Virus record (IMG/VR): IMGVR_UViG_3300005611_002069
Coordinates: 1 to 64,000 of that record
Reading direction: 5' to 3' (one strand)
Length of the DNA: 64,000 bases
From: a virus
Taxonomy: Duplodnaviria; Caudoviricetes
Under the pieces are notes generated by a model. The model had not been told where the DNA came from and ran no database searches. It worked only from the letters and a program-made list of their open reading frames with translations. Positions 8,066-17,891 of the stretch are shown here, piece after piece. The first letter of the stretch is position 1. Every line of letters begins with the position of its first letter. Position numbers and translations under genes: made by a program.

Positions 8066-9027
8066 AAATAGCCACAGTTACTGGAGTCGGTGGTTTCATC
8101 GCTACAAATTTAACTTTTGAACTACTCAATCGAGGTTGGAAAGTTTTTGGGGTAGATGCAGAAACAAACGTTTCAAATGTTGATCAAATTGGTGAAATGA
8201 TGAAATCTCCAAACTTTACTTATGCAAAAAGTAAAATTCAAGATCTAGATTGGATTCCTGAATGTGATGTGTTATTTAACCTAGCAGCAGAAAGTCACGT
8301 TGATAATTCTATTGAAGCTTGTTCTGAATTTATTGACTCAAATATCCATGGTGTTCGTAATTTACTAGAAATTATTGATAAAAATATAACACGAAGTACA
8401 GATAAGCCTTTATTTTTTCATTTTTCTACCGATGAAGTTTATGGAGATCAATTAAAAGATAAGGTTACGGAAGAATCACCTCTTAAGCCGAGTAATCCAT
8501 ATTCAGCTACAAAAGCAGCTGCAGATATGTTAATTCAGTCATGGGCTAGAACACACGGTTTAGACTATATAATTGTAAGACCTTCAAATAATTATGGAGC
8601 TTTTCAATATCCTGAAAAATTTTTACCTTTATCTATTAAAAGATTACAGAGAGGTAAAAAAATCAAATTACATGATGGTGGAAACCCTATCAGAACTTGG
8701 ACGCATGTTCACGATACTATATCTGCTGTTATGCTTTTATTAGAAAAAGCCGATAGAAACCGAATTTATAATATCTCATCAGAATTTGAACAATCTAACT
8801 TAGAAACAGCAAAGAAAATAATCAGTACATTTTACTTGGGTAAACCAAATAGAAAAATTCCAGATTTTGAAAAGCACATTGATACAACGTATAAAAGACC
8901 TGGACAAGATGTTAGATATGCGTTAAGATGTGATTATCTTAAACAGTATGGTTGGTTTCCACAGAAAAATTTTGATAATGAGATTGAAGCTCTTGTTAGT
9001 CACTACAGAGAAAGGTTTGTTTGGTAA
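8062..9027 (+). CDS. rfbB: dTDP-glucose 4,6-dehydratase-like
   Basis: TGVGGFIA, NLAAESHVDNSI, FSTDEVYG, NPYSATKAAAD, RPSNNYG, RPGQDVRYAL. Confidence 0.85.
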   Translation: MKIATVTGVGGFIATNLTFELLNRGWKVFGVDAETNVSNVDQIGEMMKSPNFTYAKSKIQDLDWIPECDVLFNLAAESHVDNSIEACSEFIDSNIHGVRNLLEIIDKNITRSTDKPLFFHFSTDEVYGDQLKDKVTEESPLKPSNPYSATKAAADMLIQSWARTHGLDYIIVRPSNNYGAFQYPEKFLPLSIKRLQRGKKIKLHDGGNPIRTWTHVHDTISAVMLLLEKADRNRIYNISSEFEQSNLETAKKIISTFYLGKPNRKIPDFEKHIDTTYKRPGQDVRYALRCDYLKQYGWFPQKNFDNEIEALVSHYRERFVW

Positions 9028-10028
9028 TGAAAGTGTTTATAACAGGTGTTGCAGGATTATTAGGTAGCAATCTAGCAAAATATTTATGTCAAAAGAAAAT
9101 AGAAGTTGTTGGTATAGACAACTTAATCGGCGGCATCAAAAGTAATATTCACCCTAATATTCAATTTCATACTGCAGATATACTTAGTACAGATTCTTTA
9201 AAACAGTTGATGTGGGGATGTGATATTGTAGTGCATTGTGCATCTTTACCGTACGAAGGATTAAGTGTGTTTTCTCCTAAAATAACAGTAGAAAGTATAG
9301 TATCAGGTACTGTATCTGTTGCCTCAGCTGCTATTGCTAATAATGTGAAGCGATTTATTAACTTTTCATCAATGGCAAGATATGGTAGAGGAGTTCCTCC
9401 GTTTTTAGAAACTCATAAAACAGCTCCTGTAGATCCTTACGGTCTTGCAAAAATACAAGCAGAGGAACAACTAGAACTTTTAAGTAAAATTCACGGCCTA
9501 GACTACACTACCGTTGTGCCACATAATGTAATTGGTGTTGGTCAGAGGTTTAATGATCCCTATAGAAATGTCGTTGCCATTATGATTAATAGAATATTAT
9601 CTGGTAGATCGGTAATAGTGTATGGAGACGGTGAACAAAAACGCTCTTTTAGTGATGTTAGTGATTGTATTGATGCTGTATATAAAATAATGACAAGTGA
9701 TAGAAACCTTAAAGGTCAAGTTTATAATATTGGCCCCGATGAAAATGAGATAACCATTAAAGCTCTTGCATATAAGATAGGCCATTTAGCAAACATGTAC
9801 CCAGAGCTTGAACACTTTCCTGATAGACCTACAGAAGTAAAAAATGCTTATTGTTCAAGTAATAAAATAAGAAAAGAATTTAATTACAATGCATCTGTAC
9901 CTTTAGATCAAACTTTAAAAGATATGATAAGTTGGATTAAACCAATTAGAAAAGCTTTTGAATATCATTTACCTATTGAGATAGAAAACGAAAATACCCC
10001 AAGAACCTGGAAAGAGAAACTAATATAA
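9027..10028 (+). CDS. NAD-dependent nucleotide-sugar epimerase/dehydratase
   Basis: ITGVAGLLG, FSSMARYG, PYGLAK, HNVIG, GDGEQKRSF. Confidence 0.85.
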   Translation: MKVFITGVAGLLGSNLAKYLCQKKIEVVGIDNLIGGIKSNIHPNIQFHTADILSTDSLKQLMWGCDIVVHCASLPYEGLSVFSPKITVESIVSGTVSVASAAIANNVKRFINFSSMARYGRGVPPFLETHKTAPVDPYGLAKIQAEEQLELLSKIHGLDYTTVVPHNVIGVGQRFNDPYRNVVAIMINRILSGRSVIVYGDGEQKRSFSDVSDCIDAVYKIMTSDRNLKGQVYNIGPDENEITIKALAYKIGHLANMYPELEHFPDRPTEVKNAYCSSNKIRKEFNYNASVPLDQTLKDMISWIKPIRKAFEYHLPIEIENENTPRTWKEKLI

Positions 10029-10744
10029 TGCAAGTCATAACCCCTTATGTATTTGAAGAAGAAATTGCAAGTCATCAAATAAATTTTATGGATTATGATG
10101 TATATTATGAAAAAGACATTGCTGGAATAGGTTCAGATTTAATGTTCCAAAAAATGTGGAATAAGTTTCCAGATAAGGATATTTTTATTCTCCATGCCGA
10201 TATGGGAGTACACGATGAAGACTGGAATACTAAAATAAAAGAGTATGCCAAAAATTATCCAAATGCTGGAATGATTGGTTGTTTATTACTATACCCAGCT
10301 AAAGACGAAAAAGGTAACTATTATATACAGCACGCAGGAGGTAAATTTACCAACGATGTTCCTGATCATTATGGAAGTGGTCTAAATCTTGAAATGGGTA
10401 AACGATTTAAAGATGATTTAGAAATTGACACAGGACAGTACGATGAGGTTAGAGAAGTTGCTTGGACAACTTTTGGAGGATTATATATTCGTAGAGAGGT
10501 AATCAATAAAGTTGGTAATTTTTCTCCAGAATATGAGTGGACTTACAATAGGGATGTAGACTATTGTTTACAAGCTAGAAAACTAGGATATGATATTTTA
10601 AATGTTCCTGTGCGACTTTTACATCACGAATCACGGGATAATAAAAGAATAAAAGACGATTCTAAATTAAAGATGGAAATGAGAAACCTTAAAACATTAC
10701 AAGAAAAATGGAAAGGGACAAAATGGTACACGACCCTGGGGTAA
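10028..10744 (+). CDS. GT2-family glycosyltransferase
   Basis: ILHAD; IQHAG; GGLYIRREVINKVG; RDVDYCLQARKLG; LLHHES. Confidence 0.75.
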   Translation: MQVITPYVFEEEIASHQINFMDYDVYYEKDIAGIGSDLMFQKMWNKFPDKDIFILHADMGVHDEDWNTKIKEYAKNYPNAGMIGCLLLYPAKDEKGNYYIQHAGGKFTNDVPDHYGSGLNLEMGKRFKDDLEIDTGQYDEVREVAWTTFGGLYIRREVINKVGNFSPEYEWTYNRDVDYCLQARKLGYDILNVPVRLLHHESRDNKRIKDDSKLKMEMRNLKTLQEKWKGTKWYTTLG

Positions 10745-10765
10745 AATGCGGAGAAAAATGTTTTG

Positions 10766-10978
10766 ATGAATAGATTTATTACAAAAGAAGAGCTAACTAA
10801 GACACTTAACAAAAAGCCTGCACAACTTTTTGCAGGTTTAGGTATACTAGTTTGGTTAGCAGGAGCATTTGTGTTGATGTTACCGCTTGTATTATGGACT
10901 TTGTGTTTAGCCATAATGTTTTACCCACTGTGGTATATAGAAAATAAGATTAGAGGAGAAGAAAAAATTAATGGTTAA
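10766..10978 (+). CDS. Small membrane protein
   Basis: Long hydrophobic stretch (LFAGLGILVWLAGAFVLMLPLVLWTLCLAIMFYPLW). Confidence 0.55.
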   Translation: MNRFITKEELTKTLNKKPAQLFAGLGILVWLAGAFVLMLPLVLWTLCLAIMFYPLWYIENKIRGEEKING

Positions 10979-11717
10979 AATATCAAAAGAATATGTTGAA
11001 GGTTGTTTAAAGTTAGCAGATAGCGAAAACTCAAAACTTACTATGACAGAAAGAGAACTAACAGGAGACAATTCTCCTAAACTTAAGAGCTTTTTAAATA
11101 ATTTGTGCGCTAAAGATGGTACTAATTACTTAGAACTTGGAGTATACAGAGGAGCCAGTTTAATAAGCGCTATGTATGGTAATCTTAAGACAAAAGCAGT
11201 GGGGGTAGATAATTTTTCATATGATACTAAAGAAGTTAAAAAAGTACCTCCAAAAGGTTATATTTGGAGTAATGTTCAAAGTGCTCTGCACGATCGTATT
11301 AAAGTTTATACTAATACCCACGGTGCTAAAGTATTTGCACACGAAAATGTTAAGATTATTGAAGAAGATTTTACGAAAATAGAATGGCAAAAACAACCTA
11401 GATTCGATGTAATCAATTTTGATGTACTACCTATTACATACGATAATCTTGATGCACTATTTGATTTAGTTATAAAAAAAGCAACAGGACCAGAATGTGT
11501 TGTAGTAATAAACGGTTATTCTGATATTCAAAAATCTCAATGGGTAGATAATGCTCTTAAAACATACTCGAAAGACTTTGAAATTGTTTTTAAAGAGCAG
11601 AGAGTGTCTAGTAGTCAAAGAGATCATTTTGGTTATTATAGCGGTATTTGTATAGTAGGACTAAAAAGAAAAACTAGTACAAACAGTAAACCAATAACAA
11701 AGAGTGTTAATAAATGA
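10971..11717 (+). CDS. Class I SAM-dependent methyltransferase (Methyltransf_24-like)
   Basis: YLELGVYRGAS, AVGVDNF. Confidence 0.7.
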   Translation: MVKISKEYVEGCLKLADSENSKLTMTERELTGDNSPKLKSFLNNLCAKDGTNYLELGVYRGASLISAMYGNLKTKAVGVDNFSYDTKEVKKVPPKGYIWSNVQSALHDRIKVYTNTHGAKVFAHENVKIIEEDFTKIEWQKQPRFDVINFDVLPITYDNLDALFDLVIKKATGPECVVVINGYSDIQKSQWVDNALKTYSKDFEIVFKEQRVSSSQRDHFGYYSGICIVGLKRKTSTNSKPITKSVNK

Positions 11718-12544
11718 TTAAAAAGAGTGTTATAAGTTTGATTAGCTACGATGCTGAATATCTTCCAGCAAGCATCAAAACATACTATAATTATGTAGAT
11801 GAAATTGTGCTTGGGTTAGATAAAAATAGAGTTACTTGGAGTAAGAATAATTTTACTTTTGATGAGAGTAAGTTATGGCAAGAACTAAGTGCTCTTGATG
11901 GAGATAGTAAAATTACTATAGTTGAAGAAGATTTTGTAAAATCAGATAAGCCTATAGAGAATGATAACTATGAAAGAAATTTTTTAAAAGAACAGTGTTC
12001 AAATGATTGGATATTTTCTTTTGACGCAGATGAAGAACTTTTAAATGCAAAAGATTTCTTTACTTGGTATTGTCCCATAGTAGAACCATATTACAAAACA
12101 GCTGATATAATGATGACATGGGCAACTCCCTTTAAAACTATTGATGACAAAACTTTAGTTATTGCAGAACCTAACGGTAACGCTTTTTTAAAAGAACCAC
12201 AAGGAGTAGTTACATCAAAAGACAGCACATATGTATTCGCAAGATGGACAGATAAAGCGCAGAATCAATCTAAAAGATTAGCTTCTCCTCTTATAGCTTT
12301 ACACTGGAGTCTTTGTAGGAAAAAAGATGATTTGCACCAAAAAATACATAATATAGGACATAGTGATATTGTAGAAAATGATCCTTTTTATAAAATATGG
12401 AACGAAATAACACTAGAAAATCATAAAAACTACGTTAATTTTAAAACTTCTGGTATGGGTCCGCAATGGCCCGCTTTAAGAGCTGTGCCCACAGCCCAAC
12501 TTAAAGATTTCTATCTTGCTTTTGCAAAAGGAGTATATCAATGA
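11714..12544 (+). CDS. GT-A fold glycosyltransferase
   Basis: YVDEIVLG; ERNFLK; WIFSFDADE (DxD); HWS. Confidence 0.7.
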   Translation: MIKKSVISLISYDAEYLPASIKTYYNYVDEIVLGLDKNRVTWSKNNFTFDESKLWQELSALDGDSKITIVEEDFVKSDKPIENDNYERNFLKEQCSNDWIFSFDADEELLNAKDFFTWYCPIVEPYYKTADIMMTWATPFKTIDDKTLVIAEPNGNAFLKEPQGVVTSKDSTYVFARWTDKAQNQSKRLASPLIALHWSLCRKKDDLHQKIHNIGHSDIVENDPFYKIWNEITLENHKNYVNFKTSGMGPQWPALRAVPTAQLKDFYLAFAKGVYQ

Positions 12545-13698
12545 TAATAGAAATAATTGGAAAATTTTATGATAACCAGTCTCTTACTATAATTAATAGA
12601 GAATTAGCTATAGGATTGGCAAACAGTAATGACGTTTATATTACTCCTCTTGATTCAATTAATCCAAGTGCAAAAGTTAGTAAAAACAAAATAAAAAAGA
12701 TTATAGAACTTGAAAATAGACATTGGACTGATGATACCGTACCTGATATTCAAATAAGACATAGCTATCCTCCTATCTGGAGATGGCCAGTACACGAAAA
12801 AACTAAAGTTGTCTACATCCAACCATGGGAATGGCAAAAAGTGCCTTTTGAGTGGCAGTATAAATGGGAGCAGTTTGCAGATGCTTTAATTGTTCCTAGT
12901 GCTTGGGAGGCTGAAAATATACTAAATGGAGGTTTAAACCCTGAAAAATTGCACGTTGTGCCTAATGGATATGATCCTGAGGTGTTTAATAAAAAAGATA
13001 AAGCACCTGTTGCAGGCGTAGATCCTAATAAGTTTAATTTTATATTTGTAGGGTGCCCTCAGTGGAGAAAAGGTCTAGATATTGTTTTAAACGCTTGGTC
13101 AAAAACATTTGTATCCGCTGATAACGCGAGACTTATTATTAAAGATACTCCACAAGTATATGGAAATAACAATATACTTAATGAAATTGTTAAATTACAA
13201 TACAATACGAGTTGTGCAGGTATACTATATTTAGATGATAATTTTTCACAAGAAGAGATGGCAGCTATATATAAAAATAGTAAAGCAGTAGTACATCCTT
13301 ATAGAGCTGAAGGGTTTGGAATGCACGTACAAGAAGCAGTAGCATCTGGTTGTGTGCCAATAATTTCTAATAAAGGACCAACTGATGAATTTATACCTAG
13401 TGTGGGGCTTGATTTAGATATGAGAGAGCAAAATATAAATATCAATGCGACTGAAGTATTTGCTCTTAAACCTGGAGATGCAACCACAATGATGAGCACT
13501 CATACAACTGTGCAAGAACCTACGGTTGATTCTGTAGCCAATGCGATGAGATCTCTTTATACACATCATCATAAAGACCAGTTTTTTGACAAGGTAAACA
13601 ATTTTAATCTTGAAAATTCTTGGGAAAATGTTATAGTCAGGTATAACGAAGTATTAACTAAGATTAATACTAAATTGAAAACAGATAGGAATAAATAA
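12541..13698 (+). CDS. GT4-family (GT-B) glycosyltransferase
   Basis: VVPNGYD; FIFVG...WRKGLDIVL; VHPYRAEGFGMHVQEAVASG. Confidence 0.85.
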   Translation: MIIEIIGKFYDNQSLTIINRELAIGLANSNDVYITPLDSINPSAKVSKNKIKKIIELENRHWTDDTVPDIQIRHSYPPIWRWPVHEKTKVVYIQPWEWQKVPFEWQYKWEQFADALIVPSAWEAENILNGGLNPEKLHVVPNGYDPEVFNKKDKAPVAGVDPNKFNFIFVGCPQWRKGLDIVLNAWSKTFVSADNARLIIKDTPQVYGNNNILNEIVKLQYNTSCAGILYLDDNFSQEEMAAIYKNSKAVVHPYRAEGFGMHVQEAVASGCVPIISNKGPTDEFIPSVGLDLDMREQNININATEVFALKPGDATTMMSTHTTVQEPTVDSVANAMRSLYTHHHKDQFFDKVNNFNLENSWENVIVRYNEVLTKINTKLKTDRNK

Positions 13699-14019
13699 AT
13701 GGCAGTTTATACTCAAACTAATGCCCCCGTCTATACTATTGATAATGTATATTTACAAACACACGTTGAAACGGCGGCAAATAGTCAAAATAAAACAGAT
13801 TATACTTGGAGAGTAGCTTATACACTTTCAGGTCAGGATCAAGCAATCTATATGTGTGGTGGAACAGATCAAGAAACTGATGTAAATGCAAGTACCCCAA
13901 TTATAGATGTTAGACTTGCAAAAGATGATTTTATAGCAAATGTTGTACCTTTCATTAATACTCACGCAACTGCGATGACACAAACCTCAGAGACTGAAAA
14001 GAATGACTGGCGCTCTTAA
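13699..14019 (+). CDS. Hypothetical protein
   Basis: 106 aa, abuts neighbouring genes in the operon. Confidence 0.55.
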   Translation: MAVYTQTNAPVYTIDNVYLQTHVETAANSQNKTDYTWRVAYTLSGQDQAIYMCGGTDQETDVNASTPIIDVRLAKDDFIANVVPFINTHATAMTQTSETEKNDWRS

Positions 14020-14434
14020 AGAAAAACTACTGTGGGATTTTCACGGTAACGCACCTATCATAGATGAAACACAGACAGAATTACCTACAATCACTAAAAA
14101 AGCAGCCATTTATATAAGCTCAGTTTTGACAGAGGGTGAGATGTTTAGATTTGGTATAGCAGGCGGAGGTTGCAGTGGTTTTCAGTATCTATTTGATATT
14201 GCACAAGCGCCTGATAGTAATGACGTTTGTTTTAGTACAGACCCAATTGCGATTATTGATAAAGAAAGCTTAACTTATCTCAGAGGGTCTGAGATTGATT
14301 TAGAAGACTCAGGACTTAACAAACAGTTAAAAGTTACAAATCCTGGTGCTAAAATGAGTTGCGGCTGTGGAACTAGCTTTGCTTATGATGATGCTTATTG
14401 GGAACAAATTATGGCTCAAACAGAGACTGAATGA
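14003..14434 (+). CDS. iscA: HesB/IscA A-type Fe-S cluster assembly protein
   Basis: GGGCSGFQY; YLRGSEID; NPGAKMSCGCGTSF. Confidence 0.9.
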   Translation: MTGALKEKLLWDFHGNAPIIDETQTELPTITKKAAIYISSVLTEGEMFRFGIAGGGCSGFQYLFDIAQAPDSNDVCFSTDPIAIIDKESLTYLRGSEIDLEDSGLNKQLKVTNPGAKMSCGCGTSFAYDDAYWEQIMAQTETE

Positions 14435-14595
14435 CGACACTTGACCATATAGTAGTGTTTCTTACTACCTTATTTATATATTTACACGTTAAGCAATTAT
14501 TATCAGTAGGCTCTGTTTACATTATGAATGCTTTATTAGGTGTTTGGCTATCTTTGACCATATTTGATATGTATGCCCGTTGGAGAACTAAATGA
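14431..14595 (+). CDS. Small membrane protein (54 aa, absent from ORF track)
   Basis: MTTLDHIVVFLTTLFIYLHVKQLLSVGSVYIMNALLGVWLSLTIFDMYARWRTK; ATGA overlaps with both neighbours. Confidence 0.6.
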   Translation: MTTLDHIVVFLTTLFIYLHVKQLLSVGSVYIMNALLGVWLSLTIFDMYARWRTK

Positions 14596-15233
14596 CTAAT
14601 TACAAATGGATTATTAATGAAAGTAAACTTCCTTGGTTAAAATTAGATATTAACATACCTCACGAAGAGATGCTTCAAGAGGCCATATCGTTAAAAGACG
14701 AGTTCACCAAGCATAGAGATGAAGATAAATCTCCTGATTCAGGTTCTTATTCTCATAAAGGTTGGAGGAGTTTATGTATACATGGAATAGATCCCTATAA
14801 AACAAATCATTTTGTACAGTATGGTTATAAAAGTCATGACGAAACTCCCTATAAATGGACTGAAATCTGTGATAGATGTCCTGTCACTACAAAGTTTTTT
14901 AAAGATATATTTCCTTATAAAAGATACTTCAGATTACGATTTATGTTACTAGAACCAGGCGGATATATAACTCCTCACAAGGATTCTGATGTAAATAAAC
15001 TTTCTCCCATAAATATTGCTTTAAGTCACCCAAAAGGTTGTAATATGAAAATGAAAGGACACCATGGGTATGTTCCTTTTACTCCTGGAGATGCAATGTT
15101 ATTAGACGTTGGTAATATTCATGCCTATATAAACAAAAGTAACGAAGATAGATATCATATAATAGTTCATGGAGTGCATGATAAAGCATATGAAAAATTA
15201 GTGGAGCGTAGTTATGAGAAAAATGGGCGTTGA
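14592..15233 (+). CDS. Aspartyl/asparaginyl beta-hydroxylase-like 2OG oxygenase
   Basis: GWRSLCIHG; RLRFMLLEPGGYITPHKD; NIHAYIN; RYHIIVH. Confidence 0.75.
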   Translation: MTNYKWIINESKLPWLKLDINIPHEEMLQEAISLKDEFTKHRDEDKSPDSGSYSHKGWRSLCIHGIDPYKTNHFVQYGYKSHDETPYKWTEICDRCPVTTKFFKDIFPYKRYFRLRFMLLEPGGYITPHKDSDVNKLSPINIALSHPKGCNMKMKGHHGYVPFTPGDAMLLDVGNIHAYINKSNEDRYHIIVHGVHDKAYEKLVERSYEKNGR

Positions 15234-16596
15234 TAAAAAGTATGTTCTTGGTATTTATGATGATAGAACAACAATTCCAAATCTAGACTTAGCGCAAAAA
15301 TCAAAAGAGTTAACTGAGTTTTTTTCAAGATTTAAATACTTTGGTCCTATGGTAAGGGGAACTTCTGTAAATCAAGTGTTAGATAAAGCTTGTGAAATTG
15401 AAGGAGCAGAATACTGTATTGTACAGTGTGTAGGACATTTAATAAAAACAAGTGAGTTTTTCAAGTTTATTGAAAAGTGGATAGAAATAAAAGACTTTTT
15501 TGTAACAGGGCATATAATGGATAGTCATACAGACAATTCACAGAGCAGAGGTGGTAACAAATATTATGGTCTTCATAAACAATGTATACTAGTAAATTTA
15601 AATTACTACAAAAAATTTGATAAACCAGTTTTTGGAGATAAACAACTAGAACCTTCAGAGACTCTCGCTGCAGCTCGTAGACACGCAAAAAATATACATG
15701 ATGATTATACTCCTTTAGCCTTAATGCCTACAGAAGATACTTGTATTTGTACCCCATATGTTGATGGCTGGAACTTTGTAAATAAGTCTTTAGAGAATGG
15801 GCTTACTGTATACAACTTTCACCCTAAAATAAGAGGAGCAAAACAGTATCTATATCCAGCAAAAGGTGTACAAGTGCTTCAAAATCAATTGGCTTGGATT
15901 AATAATATTGTATCCTTTGCAAAAGACTGTGTATTTATATGGAATACTGAAAACTATATTGATTTAAAGTATTTAAAGTTTCCTAAAGATAGAAAGATTA
16001 AAAAACTTTATTGCGTTGCCGCAGCCTTTAAACCAAATATGATACTACATAAATTTGGATTTGATGAAGATACTGAAGTTGTTTATTTTGATTATAGTAA
16101 ACAAGCACTAGCATTTAAGAAATTACTTGTTACTCAGTGGAATGGAGTAGATTATCCCACATTTGTGAATGATGCTATTAAGAAACACGGCATAAATGTT
16201 ACAGGAGGTAATGAAACACAGTTTTTAAGTGATTCAGAATTATGGACAAGAGAGTTAAAATGGTGGAAGGAAAGTGACAATTTACAAAATCATTGGAATA
16301 GGTATAGAAAATTAAAACATACTTATGTTCATATGGACTTATGTGAAAATCCTGAAGAATTATACCCACACATAACAGACGAAGAAGATTCAGTTATATG
16401 GTGGAGTAATGCATTTCATACAGTTAATGCCCATTACGTTAGAGGTTTACAAGGCGTTACAAAATGTTATAATGACTGGTTAAGTAATCTTGAAAAACGA
16501 AATAAAAATTTATACCTCCTAGGAAAAGATTACTTAGATCGACCTGTTGAGGGAGGTACCTTAAAGGAATATTTAGATGAATACAGACAAACTTAG
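15214..16596 (+). CDS. Large hypothetical protein, possibly two-domain
   Basis: 460 aa open frame coupled to neighbours; no family recognised with confidence. Confidence 0.6.
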   Translation: MRKMGVDKKYVLGIYDDRTTIPNLDLAQKSKELTEFFSRFKYFGPMVRGTSVNQVLDKACEIEGAEYCIVQCVGHLIKTSEFFKFIEKWIEIKDFFVTGHIMDSHTDNSQSRGGNKYYGLHKQCILVNLNYYKKFDKPVFGDKQLEPSETLAAARRHAKNIHDDYTPLALMPTEDTCICTPYVDGWNFVNKSLENGLTVYNFHPKIRGAKQYLYPAKGVQVLQNQLAWINNIVSFAKDCVFIWNTENYIDLKYLKFPKDRKIKKLYCVAAAFKPNMILHKFGFDEDTEVVYFDYSKQALAFKKLLVTQWNGVDYPTFVNDAIKKHGINVTGGNETQFLSDSELWTRELKWWKESDNLQNHWNRYRKLKHTYVHMDLCENPEELYPHITDEEDSVIWWSNAFHTVNAHYVRGLQGVTKCYNDWLSNLEKRNKNLYLLGKDYLDRPVEGGTLKEYLDEYRQT

Positions 16597-16774
16597 ATTA
16601 TTTAAAAATATAGATGAAGTAAAAGAGTATGCTAGAGTAAATGGTTATGATACTCCAGAAGCTAATGATTTAATTAAGCAATGGGAAGAAATAGATAAAA
16701 CTCCTAAAAAAATTAAAAAGAAAAAAATATTAAGCATATTACCTGAAGATGATGATACTGTTGAGGTAAAGTGA
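16577..16774 (+). CDS. Hypothetical protein
   Basis: 65 aa, AGGA RBS, overlaps both neighbours. Confidence 0.5.
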   Translation: MNTDKLRLFKNIDEVKEYARVNGYDTPEANDLIKQWEEIDKTPKKIKKKKILSILPEDDDTVEVK

Positions 16775-17325
16775 GTACCTATAGATATTTAAAATTTAAC
16801 TTAGAATCTGATCTATTAGCTGAATGTAAAAATTTAGTTTATTATAATTATGATGATAGAGATTTAAAAAATGCTATTACTGCTTGTGCTATTAGAAGTC
16901 CTGACGGTAAACCTAATAATATGTTTAAGGTAAATCCTGATATTTGCAGTAATTACATGTTTACTAGTATTGTAGGGTCAACACCTAAGCTTATGAGTGA
17001 AATTAGTAAATTTAAATGTAATACTGCAAGAATAAGAATTTTAAAACAAGAACCAAAAAATGTAACGCCAATACACATTGATGAAGAAAATTGGCACAAC
17101 CCTCCTGAAAAACACTTAAGAATTTGGATTGCAATTAACCACAATCCTAACTTTATTTGTGTTTTTGGTAAAGATGAAATATGCTTAGAAAAAGGTCAGG
17201 GTGTTGTTTTTGATCCAGATACTCCTCATGGAGCAAAAAATATAGACAGTTCAGAAGCGAGATATTCGCTGAATATGATTGTCAAACCTAACAAATGGTT
17301 AAGAGAGAATACTATTGAATATTGA
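16771..17325 (+). CDS. Aspartyl/asparaginyl beta-hydroxylase-like 2OG oxygenase
   Basis: RIRILKQEP..VTPIHID; RIWIAI; DTPHGAKN; RYSL. Confidence 0.7.
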   Translation: MSTYRYLKFNLESDLLAECKNLVYYNYDDRDLKNAITACAIRSPDGKPNNMFKVNPDICSNYMFTSIVGSTPKLMSEISKFKCNTARIRILKQEPKNVTPIHIDEENWHNPPEKHLRIWIAINHNPNFICVFGKDEICLEKGQGVVFDPDTPHGAKNIDSSEARYSLNMIVKPNKWLRENTIEY

Positions 17326-17593
17326 TTTTGGCACTGCTTTTCATAAACCAAATGGAAACGCAGTAAAAGTAACTTTAAATGAGTTTAGAGATAAACTATA
17401 TTTACACATAAGAGAATATTCTATGGATGGAGATACCGGTCAATGGTACCCAACTAAAAGTGGATTTTCGCTACTAGCAGATGAAACAAGTTCGCTACTT
17501 CCCTTATTAGAAGCAGCCAGCCAAGAAGTAGCCAAGCAATATATTCGTAGTAATCAATTAGAATTAGATTTGGAGATAACAAATGAGCGTTAA
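17315..17593 (+). CDS. PC4/p15-like ssDNA-binding protein (T5-like)
   Basis: KVTLNEFRDKLYLHIREY...WYPTKSGFSL is the PC4 signature. Confidence 0.8.
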   Translation: MNIDFGTAFHKPNGNAVKVTLNEFRDKLYLHIREYSMDGDTGQWYPTKSGFSLLADETSSLLPLLEAASQEVAKQYIRSNQLELDLEITNER

Positions 17594-17891
17594 AGCTTGG
17601 AATGATGAAGAAGAAGCAAAACTTGTAGAAATGTATGTAGAGAGTGATATAAAAGATGTTTATACATTAGCAGATCATTTTTCTAAAGGTTACAGATCTG
17701 TTATAAGTAAGCTAGTACAATTAAAAATTTATGAGAAACCTGTAATAGATCATGGAGAAAAAGGACAAACAGTTAAAGTTATGCTTCGTGAAATAGAAGA
17801 ACTACTTGGAATTCAAGTAGAAGGTACAAACCTTAACAAAAAGGAAAATCTTTCTTCTCTATTGGCCGCAATTAAAAGTAAAATAAATTAA
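17583..17891 (+). CDS. Putative HTH DNA-binding protein
   Basis: WNDEEEAKL ... RSVISKLVQL resembles the repeats of the D5-like protein at 22162. Confidence 0.55.
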   Translation: MSVKAWNDEEEAKLVEMYVESDIKDVYTLADHFSKGYRSVISKLVQLKIYEKPVIDHGEKGQTVKVMLREIEELLGIQVEGTNLNKKENLSSLLAAIKSKIN

